From Candidatus Dojkabacteria bacterium (GTDB lineage Bacteria > Patescibacteriota > Dojkabacteria > J137), in NCBI GenBank assembly GCA_030950485.1, contig JAUZRK010000025.1, positions 8,236 through 72,235 on the forward strand: a stretch of 64,000 nucleotides of DNA. The letters are read 5' to 3'. The position numbers and the translations under genes are program-made. Below, in pieces: positions 10,357-19,811 of this stretch. Position 1 is the stretch's first letter. Each line of letters opens with the position of its first letter. The notes beneath the pieces are model-generated. The model saw nothing but the letters and a program-made list of their open reading frames with translations. It ran no database searches and was not told the origin of the DNA.

Positions 10357-11711
10357 CAGTCTTTTAATTCTTTTATAAAATTAAGTATATCATCTCTTAC
10401 TTTCCCTTCAGTAATAACTGAATCCTTTATTTGGACTCTAAGTATCTCTTCATATTTACTCTTAGTAGAACCTTTTTTTTGCGAACTAAGCATTAATTCA
10501 CTATTAGATTCAATATCTTTTATAGAGTACCCTTCTCTCACCCAATTATATGATGATTTACTAGCATTGTAATTATAAATACCAGATTTGTTATTATTCT
10601 TTACTACATAATTATCTTCAAAAGATCGTAAAAATACTTGAGCACCTTTTATATTAGGAACATGTTTATAATTACTAGCATATTCATCTATGTTTATCCC
10701 TAAAGCTAAAGCTAAGTTCAACATGTTTTGTGTTGGTTGCTCTATCTGGTCATTTTCCAAATAAGTCTGAAATGGAATATTTGCAGTTTGTCTTGCATTT
10801 ACTTCAATAATGTATATTGAATTTGAATCTAATATAAGATCTATTCCAAACAGTCCCTGATATCCAATTTTATTTAGTTCATTTGCTAATTTATCAGACA
10901 CCATTAAAATTGAATGCTTGATCTGTGTAGGTAATTCTGGCCCACTTATAAAATCATTACCAACTGTTGAATATAAACCTGGTGTTAATTCTCTTATTCC
11001 TGTAATTTGATATTGAATTGGACCTATAAAATTCTCATTTTTTCCAACTACAACATTTAAAGTAAATGTATCTCCGTTTATAACTTTAGAAAATTTTACT
11101 TGATTTCCACCTAATTTCTCTCTTAGTAAGTTGTATTGATCTTCATTTTTAATTAAATGAGTTCCAGAGCCAGTATGCCCCCTATCCTCTTGAATAACAA
11201 ATTCAGAACCAAAGCTATCATCTAAATCAGTGTATTCTACTTCGTCTATTCTAGTTATTAATGATGGTATTTTATTTATTCTTTTCTCTTTTAAGAAGTC
11301 ATCAAACCAGAATTTATTTTCGATATTCTTACAAATTTCAGGATCATTATTAATATATGTACCACCTAATTTCTCAATTTTAAATTTAGATACTGACGAT
11401 GGGAAAAATATTTGTCCATAAAATCCATTATCATTTGTAGTAGACTTAATCCATTCAATTACTAAGTTATGTGAAAGGAGTTTTGAAGTTGATGAAATAT
11501 CTAAACTACCAGATTCTGCTTCTAAACTAAAGATTGAAATTCCTTTAGATTTTAATGATCTATAGTAATAATCATCTTGAATACAACAAATGTGATAGTT
11601 TTCTAGCTCATCTTCTAAACCTAATGCTCTCTCAGCTTCTCTTGTAAAGAAAATTAAAGGTTTACTTTTTAATTCAGTGTTTATATTTTTTAGTAAAGTA
11701 TTTTTATCCAT
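10356..11711 (-). CDS. ATP-grasp superfamily carboxylate-amine ligase
   Basis: 451 aa; GHTGSGTHLI P-loop-like region and GLFGIDLILDSNSIYIIEVNARQT ATP-grasp C-terminal motif. Confidence 0.65.
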   Translation of the reverse strand: MDKNTLLKNINTELKSKPLIFFTREAERALGLEDELENYHICCIQDDYYYRSLKSKGISIFSLEAESGSLDISSTSKLLSHNLVIEWIKSTTNDNGFYGQIFFPSSVSKFKIEKLGGTYINNDPEICKNIENKFWFDDFLKEKRINKIPSLITRIDEVEYTDLDDSFGSEFVIQEDRGHTGSGTHLIKNEDQYNLLREKLGGNQVKFSKVINGDTFTLNVVVGKNENFIGPIQYQITGIRELTPGLYSTVGNDFISGPELPTQIKHSILMVSDKLANELNKIGYQGLFGIDLILDSNSIYIIEVNARQTANIPFQTYLENDQIEQPTQNMLNLALALGINIDEYASNYKHVPNIKGAQVFLRSFEDNYVVKNNNKSGIYNYNASKSSYNWVREGYSIKDIESNSELMLSSQKKGSTKSKYEEILRVQIKDSVITEGKVRDDILNFIKELKD

Positions 11712-11714
11712 CTT

Positions 11715-12239
11715 TTATTTTTTAATCTTATAGATATGAAATCTCTTGTAAGATTTATCAGGTTCAATATTTTTGAACTTAAAAGTATTAGTTAAGATAA
11801 TACTACCGTTTTTCATTTCTTCAAATAGTTTATCTTTAAGCTTATCCATATGCGTATTATAGATGTACATATAAACTATATCGTATTCTCCAAAGTTTTC
11901 TTTATAAAAGCTTTTATTCTTTATCTTTGCATTCTTAAGTCTGTATATAAAAATCTTTATTTTAGTAAAAAAGGTTAAAAAGGGATTCAATTCTATTCCA
12001 GTTGATTTCATTCCCATTCTCGCAGCCCATACAACTACTCTTCCATCTCCAGAACCTAGATCTACAAAATTTGTTGATTTAGTTACTTCTAAACCTAATT
12101 TTTGAAAAGCTTCTTTTAAGTGTTTAACTCTTGAAGGATAAAAAGGTGTTGAAAATAATAATGAATAAATATGATATCCTCCTAAAACTATCCAAAGAAT
12201 TGTTAAGTAAGAAACTATTGCTATAGCTAGTGTTCCCAT
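11715..12239 (-). CDS. class I SAM-dependent methyltransferase with N-terminal transmembrane anchor
   Basis: 174 aa; N-terminal hydrophobic helix; motif I VDLGSGDGRVV. Confidence 0.6.
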   Translation of the reverse strand: MGTLAIAIVSYLTILWIVLGGYHIYSLLFSTPFYPSRVKHLKEAFQKLGLEVTKSTNFVDLGSGDGRVVVWAARMGMKSTGIELNPFLTFFTKIKIFIYRLKNAKIKNKSFYKENFGEYDIVYMYIYNTHMDKLKDKLFEEMKNGSIILTNTFKFKNIEPDKSYKRFHIYKIKK

Positions 12240-12240
12240 A

Positions 12241-13167
12241 TTATCGTCCTGATGTTATACAAATTATATTAGTATTATTTAAGCTCTCTCTCATTCTTAG
12301 ATATCCTGCTATAGATAGTAAAGAAGTATATGAGAGATCTTCTATGTTATTAGAAGTCATAAATTCACTTGATTTTTTAAGCTCTTCATTAGTTATTGCT
12401 AGTACTTCTCCATTAGTTTGTCTTATAATTTTTTCAATTTGAGGTTTTCGCAAAAGTGATTTATCTACAATTGCATCTGCAAGTGAATCTTCAGTATTAC
12501 CAACATTCTGAACTAGTGGATGGCATTTTGTTGTCTGACACGCTACAAACCTAGGCATAGATACCTCAGTTTCAAGTTTGAAAAATAAGCCTCCTGCAAT
12601 ACCTACAAATGTACTTCCAGAAGAAACTTGAGCGAAAATGATCCAATTCTCATTCTTCTTATATTTAATTAGATCATATAACTCAAACCCTAGACTCCAA
12701 TATCCATATAATATATCCTCATCAATTGAAGATTTTAATAATGTTGCCTTATTTTCATTAGCAATTCTTACAGCAGCTCTTTTAGCTTTTGTATCATATA
12801 TTATTTTATGGACTGTACCCTCAAGTAAAGTTTCTAATTTTTCTTTCTTTTTATTATTTAAATTTGGAGATACAGCAATAATAACTTTGAAATTATCTAC
12901 AAGCTTAGAGTACTCCAACAAGCTTATTGCAGCATTACCGGATGAGGCAATAACAACTTCACTTATACCTTGTTGTTTTAATTTAGATATTTTAAATGCT
13001 GTTCCTCTATCTTTCCATGATCCTGTTGGATTTAAATCCTCTCTTTTTATAAAAAGTTTATTGTTTCCATCACTAAACTGAGAAACAGGAGTATTACCTT
13101 CATTTAGGCTAATTCTATTACTTTCTTGAGTAATATGTTTTTTTATTTCTTTATATTTCCAAATCAC
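12241..13167 (-). CDS. threonine synthase-like PLP-dependent enzyme (fold type II)
   Basis: 308 aa; EGNTPV and NPTGSWKDRG (PLP-lysine) signatures of ThrC/cysteate-synthase-like enzymes. Confidence 0.7.
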   Translation of the reverse strand: MIWKYKEIKKHITQESNRISLNEGNTPVSQFSDGNNKLFIKREDLNPTGSWKDRGTAFKISKLKQQGISEVVIASSGNAAISLLEYSKLVDNFKVIIAVSPNLNNKKKEKLETLLEGTVHKIIYDTKAKRAAVRIANENKATLLKSSIDEDILYGYWSLGFELYDLIKYKKNENWIIFAQVSSGSTFVGIAGGLFFKLETEVSMPRFVACQTTKCHPLVQNVGNTEDSLADAIVDKSLLRKPQIEKIIRQTNGEVLAITNEELKKSSEFMTSNNIEDLSYTSLLSIAGYLRMRESLNNTNIICITSGR

Positions 13168-13274
13168 AGCTAAATTATTTAACTAAATAGATTATAAACG
13201 AGTTTGAGATATTTTACATAAAATATGAATATGTTATATTTATATTAGAGAATTAAAATTTAAAAATAAATTAA

Positions 13275-13544
13275 ATGATTACAAATCAAAAACAATTAGA
13301 TGAAAACTGGATTCTAGTTTCTTCTGATAAAGACTTTACATGTGACGAGTGTGGTAATGAAGTAGATTTAAAGATAAGTAGTATTGAGGGTTTGGTTGAT
13401 GCAGATTTTACAAAAATAAAATCTGATTTAGAAGCTTTTCCGACTAAAATTATATACGGAGTTTGCCCAATTTGCGGAATGGAATATGTATTCCATTTAG
13501 TAGACGGCAATCTATACGTAGAGCCAAGTCAAGAAGAGAAATAA
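13275..13544 (+). CDS. small zinc-ribbon protein
   Basis: 89 aa with CDECG...CPICG paired CxxC motifs. Confidence 0.45.
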   Translation: MITNQKQLDENWILVSSDKDFTCDECGNEVDLKISSIEGLVDADFTKIKSDLEAFPTKIIYGVCPICGMEYVFHLVDGNLYVEPSQEEK

Positions 13545-13659
13545 GTCAACTAGATTGATCCACACTATCAACTTGTAGTGTGTCACTTCTGTTTATCTGC
13601 AGGGTATATCCACGCTTTTAACCTTTACTTTATATTACAAAAGTGTTATATTTATATAG

Positions 13660-13781
13660 CACTAGAGATAAAAGTTGAAACTCCAATACTAATCTTTTGG
13701 TCGGACCATATCGCATGTAGCCCGTGGGTTATATGTTGCGTTCGCATTTGTTGAAACGGGTAGTTTCAACAGTCTCTAGTG
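13660..13781. other. candidate structured RNA / alternative-hairpin element in convergent intergenic region
   Basis: CACTAGAGATAAAAGTTGAAAC pairs with GTTTCAACAGTCTCTAGTG 80 nt downstream; GC-rich core; internal perfect hairpin GTTGAAAC-gggta-GTTTCAAC. Confidence 0.25.
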
Positions 13782-13807
13782 CTGCTAAAAGCAAAATTTA
13801 CCATCTT

Positions 13808-14527
13808 TTACTTACACCTAGGATCTGGATATCTATTAATATTGTCGTTTATCATGTAAATAAGATAAGCTTTATTATCTTTTAGATCTGATCTAGAAAT
13901 ATCAAATTCTTTCAATATATCAATTTCTTTGTCTTCGACTTTAAATTTTATACTTTCCTCGTTCAACGGATACACTTTTAAGTTAGCATCATAAACATAC
14001 TTATAGCTATCATTATCAATCTCATTTTCTACAGCTGAACTGAACGAAGTTAAAAGCTCGTTACTAATAGCTTCTATTGGTTTTTCCGAATTTATTTGTA
14101 TTATTTTAGCTGCAAGAAAATCACAACCATTGTAAATCTCCTCTTCTACTTTAAAAGTATCTATCTCTTTAGCTTCTTTAAATTCTCCTGCTGGTGCTTT
14201 TTCTGCTTCTTCTTTCTTTTTTCTAGCTTCCTCTGCGTCTTGGATTCTCTTTTCTTCTCTTTTATTATTATCTATAATATTTCCTATTAGGTAGAAGTTA
14301 TTTCCAATTTCCTCAGCATCCTCTGGTAATTTTATGTCTTCAAATACCTCTTTAAAATGATCATATTCATTATTACTTAGAAAATAAGGTATTGGGAAAC
14401 CGAAAAGGAAAGACGTAAGTGCTAAAGGCTTTATTATCAAAAAGGGTATAAGCACTAAAAAAGTAAGTACTTTTGGATTGTATAATTTTCTTATTTTGTT
14501 TCTATCAATTTTCATTTTTCCATTCAT
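13808..14527 (-). CDS. hypothetical membrane-anchored protein with KE-rich low-complexity region
   Basis: 239-aa ORF, N-terminal TM segment; overlaps pth start by 23 nt. Confidence 0.4.
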   Translation of the reverse strand: MNGKMKIDRNKIRKLYNPKVLTFLVLIPFLIIKPLALTSFLFGFPIPYFLSNNEYDHFKEVFEDIKLPEDAEEIGNNFYLIGNIIDNNKREEKRIQDAEEARKKKEEAEKAPAGEFKEAKEIDTFKVEEEIYNGCDFLAAKIIQINSEKPIEAISNELLTSFSSAVENEIDNDSYKYVYDANLKVYPLNEESIKFKVEDKEIDILKEFDISRSDLKDNKAYLIYMINDNINRYPDPRCK

Positions 14528-15080
14528 TTTTGATGGTGTTAAATACTGAATAATTTAATTCTAATTCTTCTTTGCTAATCTTACCTAAAACGTAGTCTGC
14601 TCCAGATAAAAATTTTCGTTGTCTTTCATTTCTATTATCTACACCAATTCTAAGTCTCCAAAATCTTGTTGTGCCGAGATGCCTTTCAACTGAACTAATA
14701 CCATTATGAACTCTTGGACCTTTGTTAAATTGTAGTTTAAATTTACCTATATCAATATCTAAGTCATCATGTACAATTAAAACTTCATCAGCAGTAAACT
14801 TGTAGTAATCAGATATTGTCCTTACTGCCTCTCCCGATTTATTCATAAATGTAGAAGGCATAGAAAGTACTACTCTATTTTCTAATATTTTAGTTATTGA
14901 TATTAATGATTTGAACTTTGTTTCCATAACAAAGTCTGCCGTATTAATATCCTTAAGAAAATCAAAACCTACGTTATGCCTAGTATGATAGTACTTATCG
15001 TCTAGGTTTCCAAGACCTACTATAAGTTTTATATCTGCAATATTAAATTTTCTATCGTTTATGTGATTTGTATTAGTCAA
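14505..15080 (-). CDS. pth: peptidyl-tRNA hydrolase
   Basis: LIVGLGNLDDKYYHTRHNVGF N-terminal signature. Confidence 0.85.
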   Translation of the reverse strand: MTNTNHINDRKFNIADIKLIVGLGNLDDKYYHTRHNVGFDFLKDINTADFVMETKFKSLISITKILENRVVLSMPSTFMNKSGEAVRTISDYYKFTADEVLIVHDDLDIDIGKFKLQFNKGPRVHNGISSVERHLGTTRFWRLRIGVDNRNERQRKFLSGADYVLGKISKEELELNYSVFNTIKNEWKNEN

Positions 15081-15173
15081 TGTTATACTAGTTATACTTA
15101 TTTACCCTTTATTATACTTGGTATATAATAGTAATAAAAGTAATACATAAATTTATTTGTTAAGAAAATTGAA

Positions 15174-15515
15174 ATGGACAATATAGTAAAAAGAACTTCA
15201 CTAATAATATTTATAATAGTATTAGTTGTAGCTGTTGGATTAGGAGCTGGATTAGGTGGATATTTTTATGGTAAAGATACTGGTGAAGATACTACAAGAA
15301 ATACTTATGAGCAAAAGCTAGAAGAATTAAGGGATAAGAATGAGCAAAAATTATCAGAAGCTGAAGATAGAATTAGAGATGACTATAGAGCAGATATTGA
15401 CGGATTAAAGGCAGAAGTTGAAAGACTTGAAAGATTAAACGATAAGCTAAGTCAGATAAATAATTTACCTGGTAACGTTGAGGGAGTTAAAGATAGTATA
15501 GAAGTTACTGAATAA
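15174..15515 (+). CDS. hypothetical membrane-anchored coiled-coil protein
   Basis: 113 aa, N-terminal TM helix, charged coiled-coil C-terminus. Confidence 0.4.
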   Translation: MDNIVKRTSLIIFIIVLVVAVGLGAGLGGYFYGKDTGEDTTRNTYEQKLEELRDKNEQKLSEAEDRIRDDYRADIDGLKAEVERLERLNDKLSQINNLPGNVEGVKDSIEVTE

Positions 15516-15543
15516 TAAAATACCTTTGTTGTTAATAAGAAAA

Positions 15544-16629
15544 TCACTCTCTTAGAGGGTGATTTTCTCTATGTGATTTCTCTGCAAATTTATCAGATGC
15601 ATGTACGTATCTTGAGGTTGTTTGTAATGATGAATGACCTAATAATCTTTGAATTGCTGCTGGATTTGCACCTTCTTCTGCAATGTATGTTGCGAACCCA
15701 TGCCTTAAGCTATGAGCACTTGTTGGTAGAATTATCCCAATTCTCTTCCTATAATCAGCAATTTTCATCTGTATATAGTTTTGAGAAAGTCTTACTATGT
15801 AAGGATTTTCTGTAGCTCTTCTTGTACCTTTATTGGGAATGAACATTGCTGGATATTCATCTTTTCGTGTATCTAAATATTCCTGTAAATAATGAATTGA
15901 TCTATCAGTTAAATAAACAAATCTCTCTTTCTTTCCTTTACCTTGGATATACATTTTATTATCAGCAATCTTTCCATCAATTATTTTTATTTTATCTCTA
16001 TCTAGATTAACTGCTTCCGATATTCTCATACCAGTTGAAAAAATGAGTTCTAAAATTGCTCTATTTCTTTTCTTTACTTTTACGTTTGACTCAAAGTCAG
16101 TAGGAAATTCAATTAGCCTAATTAAATCTTCAAGTTCAGCTACTTGTTTTTCTTTTTTTTCTGTTTTTATCATTTTTATAGCATTTGCAGGAATTGGACC
16201 AGGTTTATCTATATCTTCTAGAAACGTTAAGTAAGATCTAAGTGCTGACAGCATTCTATTTACACTATTATCTGATAGCTGACCTTTATACATAGCTCTT
16301 TTTTTCTCAGATATATCATTTTTTGCTTTATCTATAGTTTCCTGACTTAAATCTTCTCCTTTATTATAAGAGTGAAGAATTGGAATATAGTTTATATCTC
16401 TTAAAAAACCTTTATATTCTATTATATCTACCTTTTCAATCTCATCGAAAGTTTTTTCAATGTAATACAAAAAAGAAGAAAAGATCTCTAAGTCTCTAGA
16501 ATAGTTTTTAAGTGTTTGTCTAGAATAGTTATCATTCTTTAAATTTAGAAGATACTGCCTTAAGTTTGGCAATGAATATTTCATTACAATTTTGCTACTT
16601 TTTTTTGTGTCTTCTCTGATTACATCCAT
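15544..16629 (-). CDS. tyrosine site-specific recombinase, XerC/XerD-like
   Basis: N-terminal SAM-like domain; C-terminal HSLRHGFATY...LLGHSSLQTTSRYVH with catalytic R..H..R..Y arrangement. Confidence 0.8.
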   Translation of the reverse strand: MDVIREDTKKSSKIVMKYSLPNLRQYLLNLKNDNYSRQTLKNYSRDLEIFSSFLYYIEKTFDEIEKVDIIEYKGFLRDINYIPILHSYNKGEDLSQETIDKAKNDISEKKRAMYKGQLSDNSVNRMLSALRSYLTFLEDIDKPGPIPANAIKMIKTEKKEKQVAELEDLIRLIEFPTDFESNVKVKKRNRAILELIFSTGMRISEAVNLDRDKIKIIDGKIADNKMYIQGKGKKERFVYLTDRSIHYLQEYLDTRKDEYPAMFIPNKGTRRATENPYIVRLSQNYIQMKIADYRKRIGIILPTSAHSLRHGFATYIAEEGANPAAIQRLLGHSSLQTTSRYVHASDKFAEKSHRENHPLRE

Positions 16630-16713
16630 ATTATATTTATAGTATAGTCTAAATGTTAATATTTTTTGTATAATCTAAATTAAGATAAGAAACTATTTAT
16701 TAAAAAATTACAA

Positions 16714-17133
16714 ATGGATACAGACAATACTAAAGAAAATAATGTAGATAATCAAACTCCAAAAGTCGAATCACTTGTTGAAGTTGTTTCAGAAGCAAAT
16801 AAAGTCGAAGGAGGTGTAAGTCCAACAGCAAAAGCTTTTGATATTAGTCAGAAAGGAAATTCTAATAATAATACTTTTATAGAACTAGCTAAAAAAACAC
16901 TATCTTTAATTTATACTTTTCTAAAAGCAGTATTTGAAATAGTTTTTACTAGTCTTAAAACTCTAGTTAAAGTTTTCTTCTCACTGGATTTAAGATCAAA
17001 ATTAACTTTTATAATTACTCTTGTTATAGTTGCATTCGCATTTCTTTATATAGGAATTAGAATGGGAGAGGGAAATATAAAAAATGAGGTTGAAACAGCT
17101 ACAGGTAAGGCTTATAGCAAAATCATTAAATAG
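16714..17133 (+). CDS. hypothetical protein with C-terminal TM segment
   Basis: 139-aa ORF. Confidence 0.35.
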   Translation: MDTDNTKENNVDNQTPKVESLVEVVSEANKVEGGVSPTAKAFDISQKGNSNNNTFIELAKKTLSLIYTFLKAVFEIVFTSLKTLVKVFFSLDLRSKLTFIITLVIVAFAFLYIGIRMGEGNIKNEVETATGKAYSKIIK

Positions 17134-17185
17134 ATATTAATTCTATATCATTTTTAACGTTTAGCTTAATTATTACTTTTTTATC

Positions 17186-18538
17186 GTGCATACAAAACTA
17201 CTAAAACTACTAGAAAAGGAGCAAGAAAGACAGAAATCAACTCTCGATTTGATAGCATCAGAAAATTATACTTCTAAATCCGTAAGGAGAGCTGTAGGTT
17301 CAGTTTTTATGCATAAGTATTCAGAAGGGTATCCAGGAGCTAGATATTATGAAGGGAATGAATTCATAGATGATCTTGAAAACTTAGCAATTAAGATGGT
17401 TAAAAAGGTATTCAAAGTAGATGATAAAGCTTGGCATGTAAATGTACAACCACCTAGTGGTTCAATTGCAAACCTAGCAGTCTATAATGCTATTTTAAAA
17501 CCTGGTGATAAAATTTTAGCTATGTATCTACCTGATGGAGGACATCTTAGTCATGGATGGAGTTATACACCTACAAAAGAGAGGACAAAAAAAGAAAAAG
17601 AAGAAATGGAATCATCAATGGTTTACTACGGTGGTAAAAAGAAGTTGACTTTAAATTCGAAGATTTTTAATGTAGTTCAATATAAGACTGACCCTAAAAC
17701 TAATCTTTTTGATTATGATTTTATTAGAAAACTTGCAAAAAAAGAAAAACCTAAATTGATAATAACAGGTGGAACTGCTTACCCTAGAGAGATTGATTAT
17801 AAGATTATTTCGGAAATAGCTAAAGAAGTTGGGGCTTACTACCTTGCAGATGTTGCTCATGAAGCAGGTCTAATTGCAGGAGGTGCAATGAATTCTCCTT
17901 TTGATTATGTAGACTTTGTTACATTTACTACCCATAAAACTCTAAGAGGCCCTAAAGGAGCAGTAATTATGTGTAGGAATGAATATGCAGATAAAATTGA
18001 CAGATCAGTAATTCCTGGATTTTTAGGAGGTCCATTGAACCACACTATTGCTGGAATAACTCAGGCTTTGTTTGAGGCAGATACTAATGAATTTAAAGAG
18101 TATTCAGCAAGAATAATACGAAATGCTAAGGCCTTAGGAGAGGAACTTAAAAAGAAAGGTTTTGATTTGGTATCAGGTGGAACTGATAAACATCTTCTTG
18201 TTATAGATCTAACAAATAAGAAAGTTTTAGGAAAAAAAGTTTCAAGAGCTCTATATTTAGCTGGTATTGTATCTAATAAAACAACAGTACCCTACGAGAA
18301 GAAATCACCTATAAATCCTTCAGGAATAAGATTAGGTACGCCATCTATAACTACAAGAGGGATGCATCCGGAGAACATGAGTGAGCTTGCTAATATTATT
18401 AGTGATGCAGTTGATGTTGCAGCGGAATTTCGAAAGTTAAAGTTTACTGAATTTCAAGAAGAATTAGAAAATGATTATAGAATTAAGGAATTAAGAGAGA
18501 AAGTACGTAAGATTTGTGATCAATTTCCTATTGAATAA
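17186..18538 (+). CDS. glyA: serine hydroxymethyltransferase (GTG start) with about 30-aa insertion
   Basis: LIASENYTS, GGHLSHG, TTHKTLRGPKG (PLP-Lys) motifs; extra segment WSYTPTKERTKKEKEEMESSMVYYGGKKKL between GHLSHG and the KIFNVVQY region. Confidence 0.9.
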   Translation: MHTKLLKLLEKEQERQKSTLDLIASENYTSKSVRRAVGSVFMHKYSEGYPGARYYEGNEFIDDLENLAIKMVKKVFKVDDKAWHVNVQPPSGSIANLAVYNAILKPGDKILAMYLPDGGHLSHGWSYTPTKERTKKEKEEMESSMVYYGGKKKLTLNSKIFNVVQYKTDPKTNLFDYDFIRKLAKKEKPKLIITGGTAYPREIDYKIISEIAKEVGAYYLADVAHEAGLIAGGAMNSPFDYVDFVTFTTHKTLRGPKGAVIMCRNEYADKIDRSVIPGFLGGPLNHTIAGITQALFEADTNEFKEYSARIIRNAKALGEELKKKGFDLVSGGTDKHLLVIDLTNKKVLGKKVSRALYLAGIVSNKTTVPYEKKSPINPSGIRLGTPSITTRGMHPENMSELANIISDAVDVAAEFRKLKFTEFQEELENDYRIKELREKVRKICDQFPIE

Positions 18539-18561
18539 TATAAAGTTTAATTTTACTCAGG

Positions 18562-19611
18562 ATGAATGTACTTGTTATTGGAGGTACTGGCTATATTGGA
18601 TCTGAAATAGTTAGAGAATTGTTAAAGCTAGATGCACTTAATATTACTGTAAGTACTAGAAATATTGATAGAGCTAAAAGAAAATATTTTTTAGATACTG
18701 GTGAAAAAAAAGTTGACTGGATTGAATTGGATTTTTCATCAACTGAATTAGTTTTTCCCAATCTTTCTGAATACGATGTAATTATAAACTCAGCGGGAAT
18801 TCTATATGAAACTAGTAAACTAAAATATGAACAGATCCACTTTACAGCTCCTGTAAAGCTCTTAAATGATTACATTAAAAATAGGCCAGATAGAAAAATC
18901 TTTATCAACATATCTATGAAGGATGTAGATATGAGAGCTGCTGTTAAAATTCCATTTACAGCTACAAAAAGTAAAGCTGATAATTTAATGCTTAATCTTG
19001 GTAAAGAAGCTAAAAATCTTGATGTCTTTATCTTACGTCCTTCAGTTGTATATGGAAACTATAGTTCAAAAGAAGAAATGGATAGACATGCTTTTCCTAG
19101 TTTTGCTGCTATGCCTATAAGACTTCTAATAGGAGGTTTAGGTTTCAGAATTGGTGATCTCAAATTGGGTAAACAAGGAGGTAATCAATCTGTACACCCT
19201 ATTCTTGCAAGTGAGATTGGAGAGGTAGTTTCTGGAATTATCTCAAATAAATCAGCACAACCTGGTGTTTATAAGTTAATAGGTCCTAGAATTAATGTTT
19301 CAGAACTCTTTTATTACTTACGCAAACTTGATGGTAAAAAAGGTGATACATTTTTTTCTATTAGCATACCTACTTTTATGGCTAGAGTTGGAGCGAAAAT
19401 TATTGACCTATTTTTTAAAATAATGGTTAAAGCTGGATTTGAAAAGTCCGTAGTAAATTTAAAATCAAGGTTTGCATATCTCCAAGTCTTTACTGAAGAC
19501 AATGTTAAAGTACTAACTGAACTAATGGCTGAAACTACTGAGCAAGATTATAATAACCTTTTTAATGCTTCAGGAATTAAAGTTAAAGCAATGTCAGAAG
19601 CTACATCATGA
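18562..19611 (+). CDS. NAD(P)-binding SDR-family epimerase/dehydratase-like protein
   Basis: N-terminal VLVIGGTGYIGSEIV Rossmann motif. Confidence 0.6.
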   Translation: MNVLVIGGTGYIGSEIVRELLKLDALNITVSTRNIDRAKRKYFLDTGEKKVDWIELDFSSTELVFPNLSEYDVIINSAGILYETSKLKYEQIHFTAPVKLLNDYIKNRPDRKIFINISMKDVDMRAAVKIPFTATKSKADNLMLNLGKEAKNLDVFILRPSVVYGNYSSKEEMDRHAFPSFAAMPIRLLIGGLGFRIGDLKLGKQGGNQSVHPILASEIGEVVSGIISNKSAQPGVYKLIGPRINVSELFYYLRKLDGKKGDTFFSISIPTFMARVGAKIIDLFFKIMVKAGFEKSVVNLKSRFAYLQVFTEDNVKVLTELMAETTEQDYNNLFNASGIKVKAMSEATS

Positions 19612-19811
19612 TTAGTATATAGTATTGTCAACTTGTGAAAACACAACATATTGTAGTTAACCAAATTTCATTGCACTACTAACATCTTAGATCTCGATAA
19701 TACTTATTGGGTAATTATTTGCGCCACGACGCAAATTTGACAATATTCAGAATTTTTGCGAGAATCTGGCAGACTCTACTGATAAAATCTTTACTTCTTA
19801 CTTATTAAAAT

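Noticed and set aside
15544-16629. Xer-like recombinase as an integrase marking an integrated mobile element
   Set aside because: No adjacent tRNA, direct repeats or phage or plasmid genes are present. The domain layout (SAM-like N-domain plus catalytic core) fits a chromosomal XerC/D-type resolvase.
19612-19811. Shared TCAACTTGT motif after two plus-strand genes (13575 and 19628) as a conserved terminator or regulatory motif
   Set aside because: It is only 9 nt long, with two occurrences, different flanking structures and no T-run. That is insufficient to distinguish from chance in AT-rich DNA.
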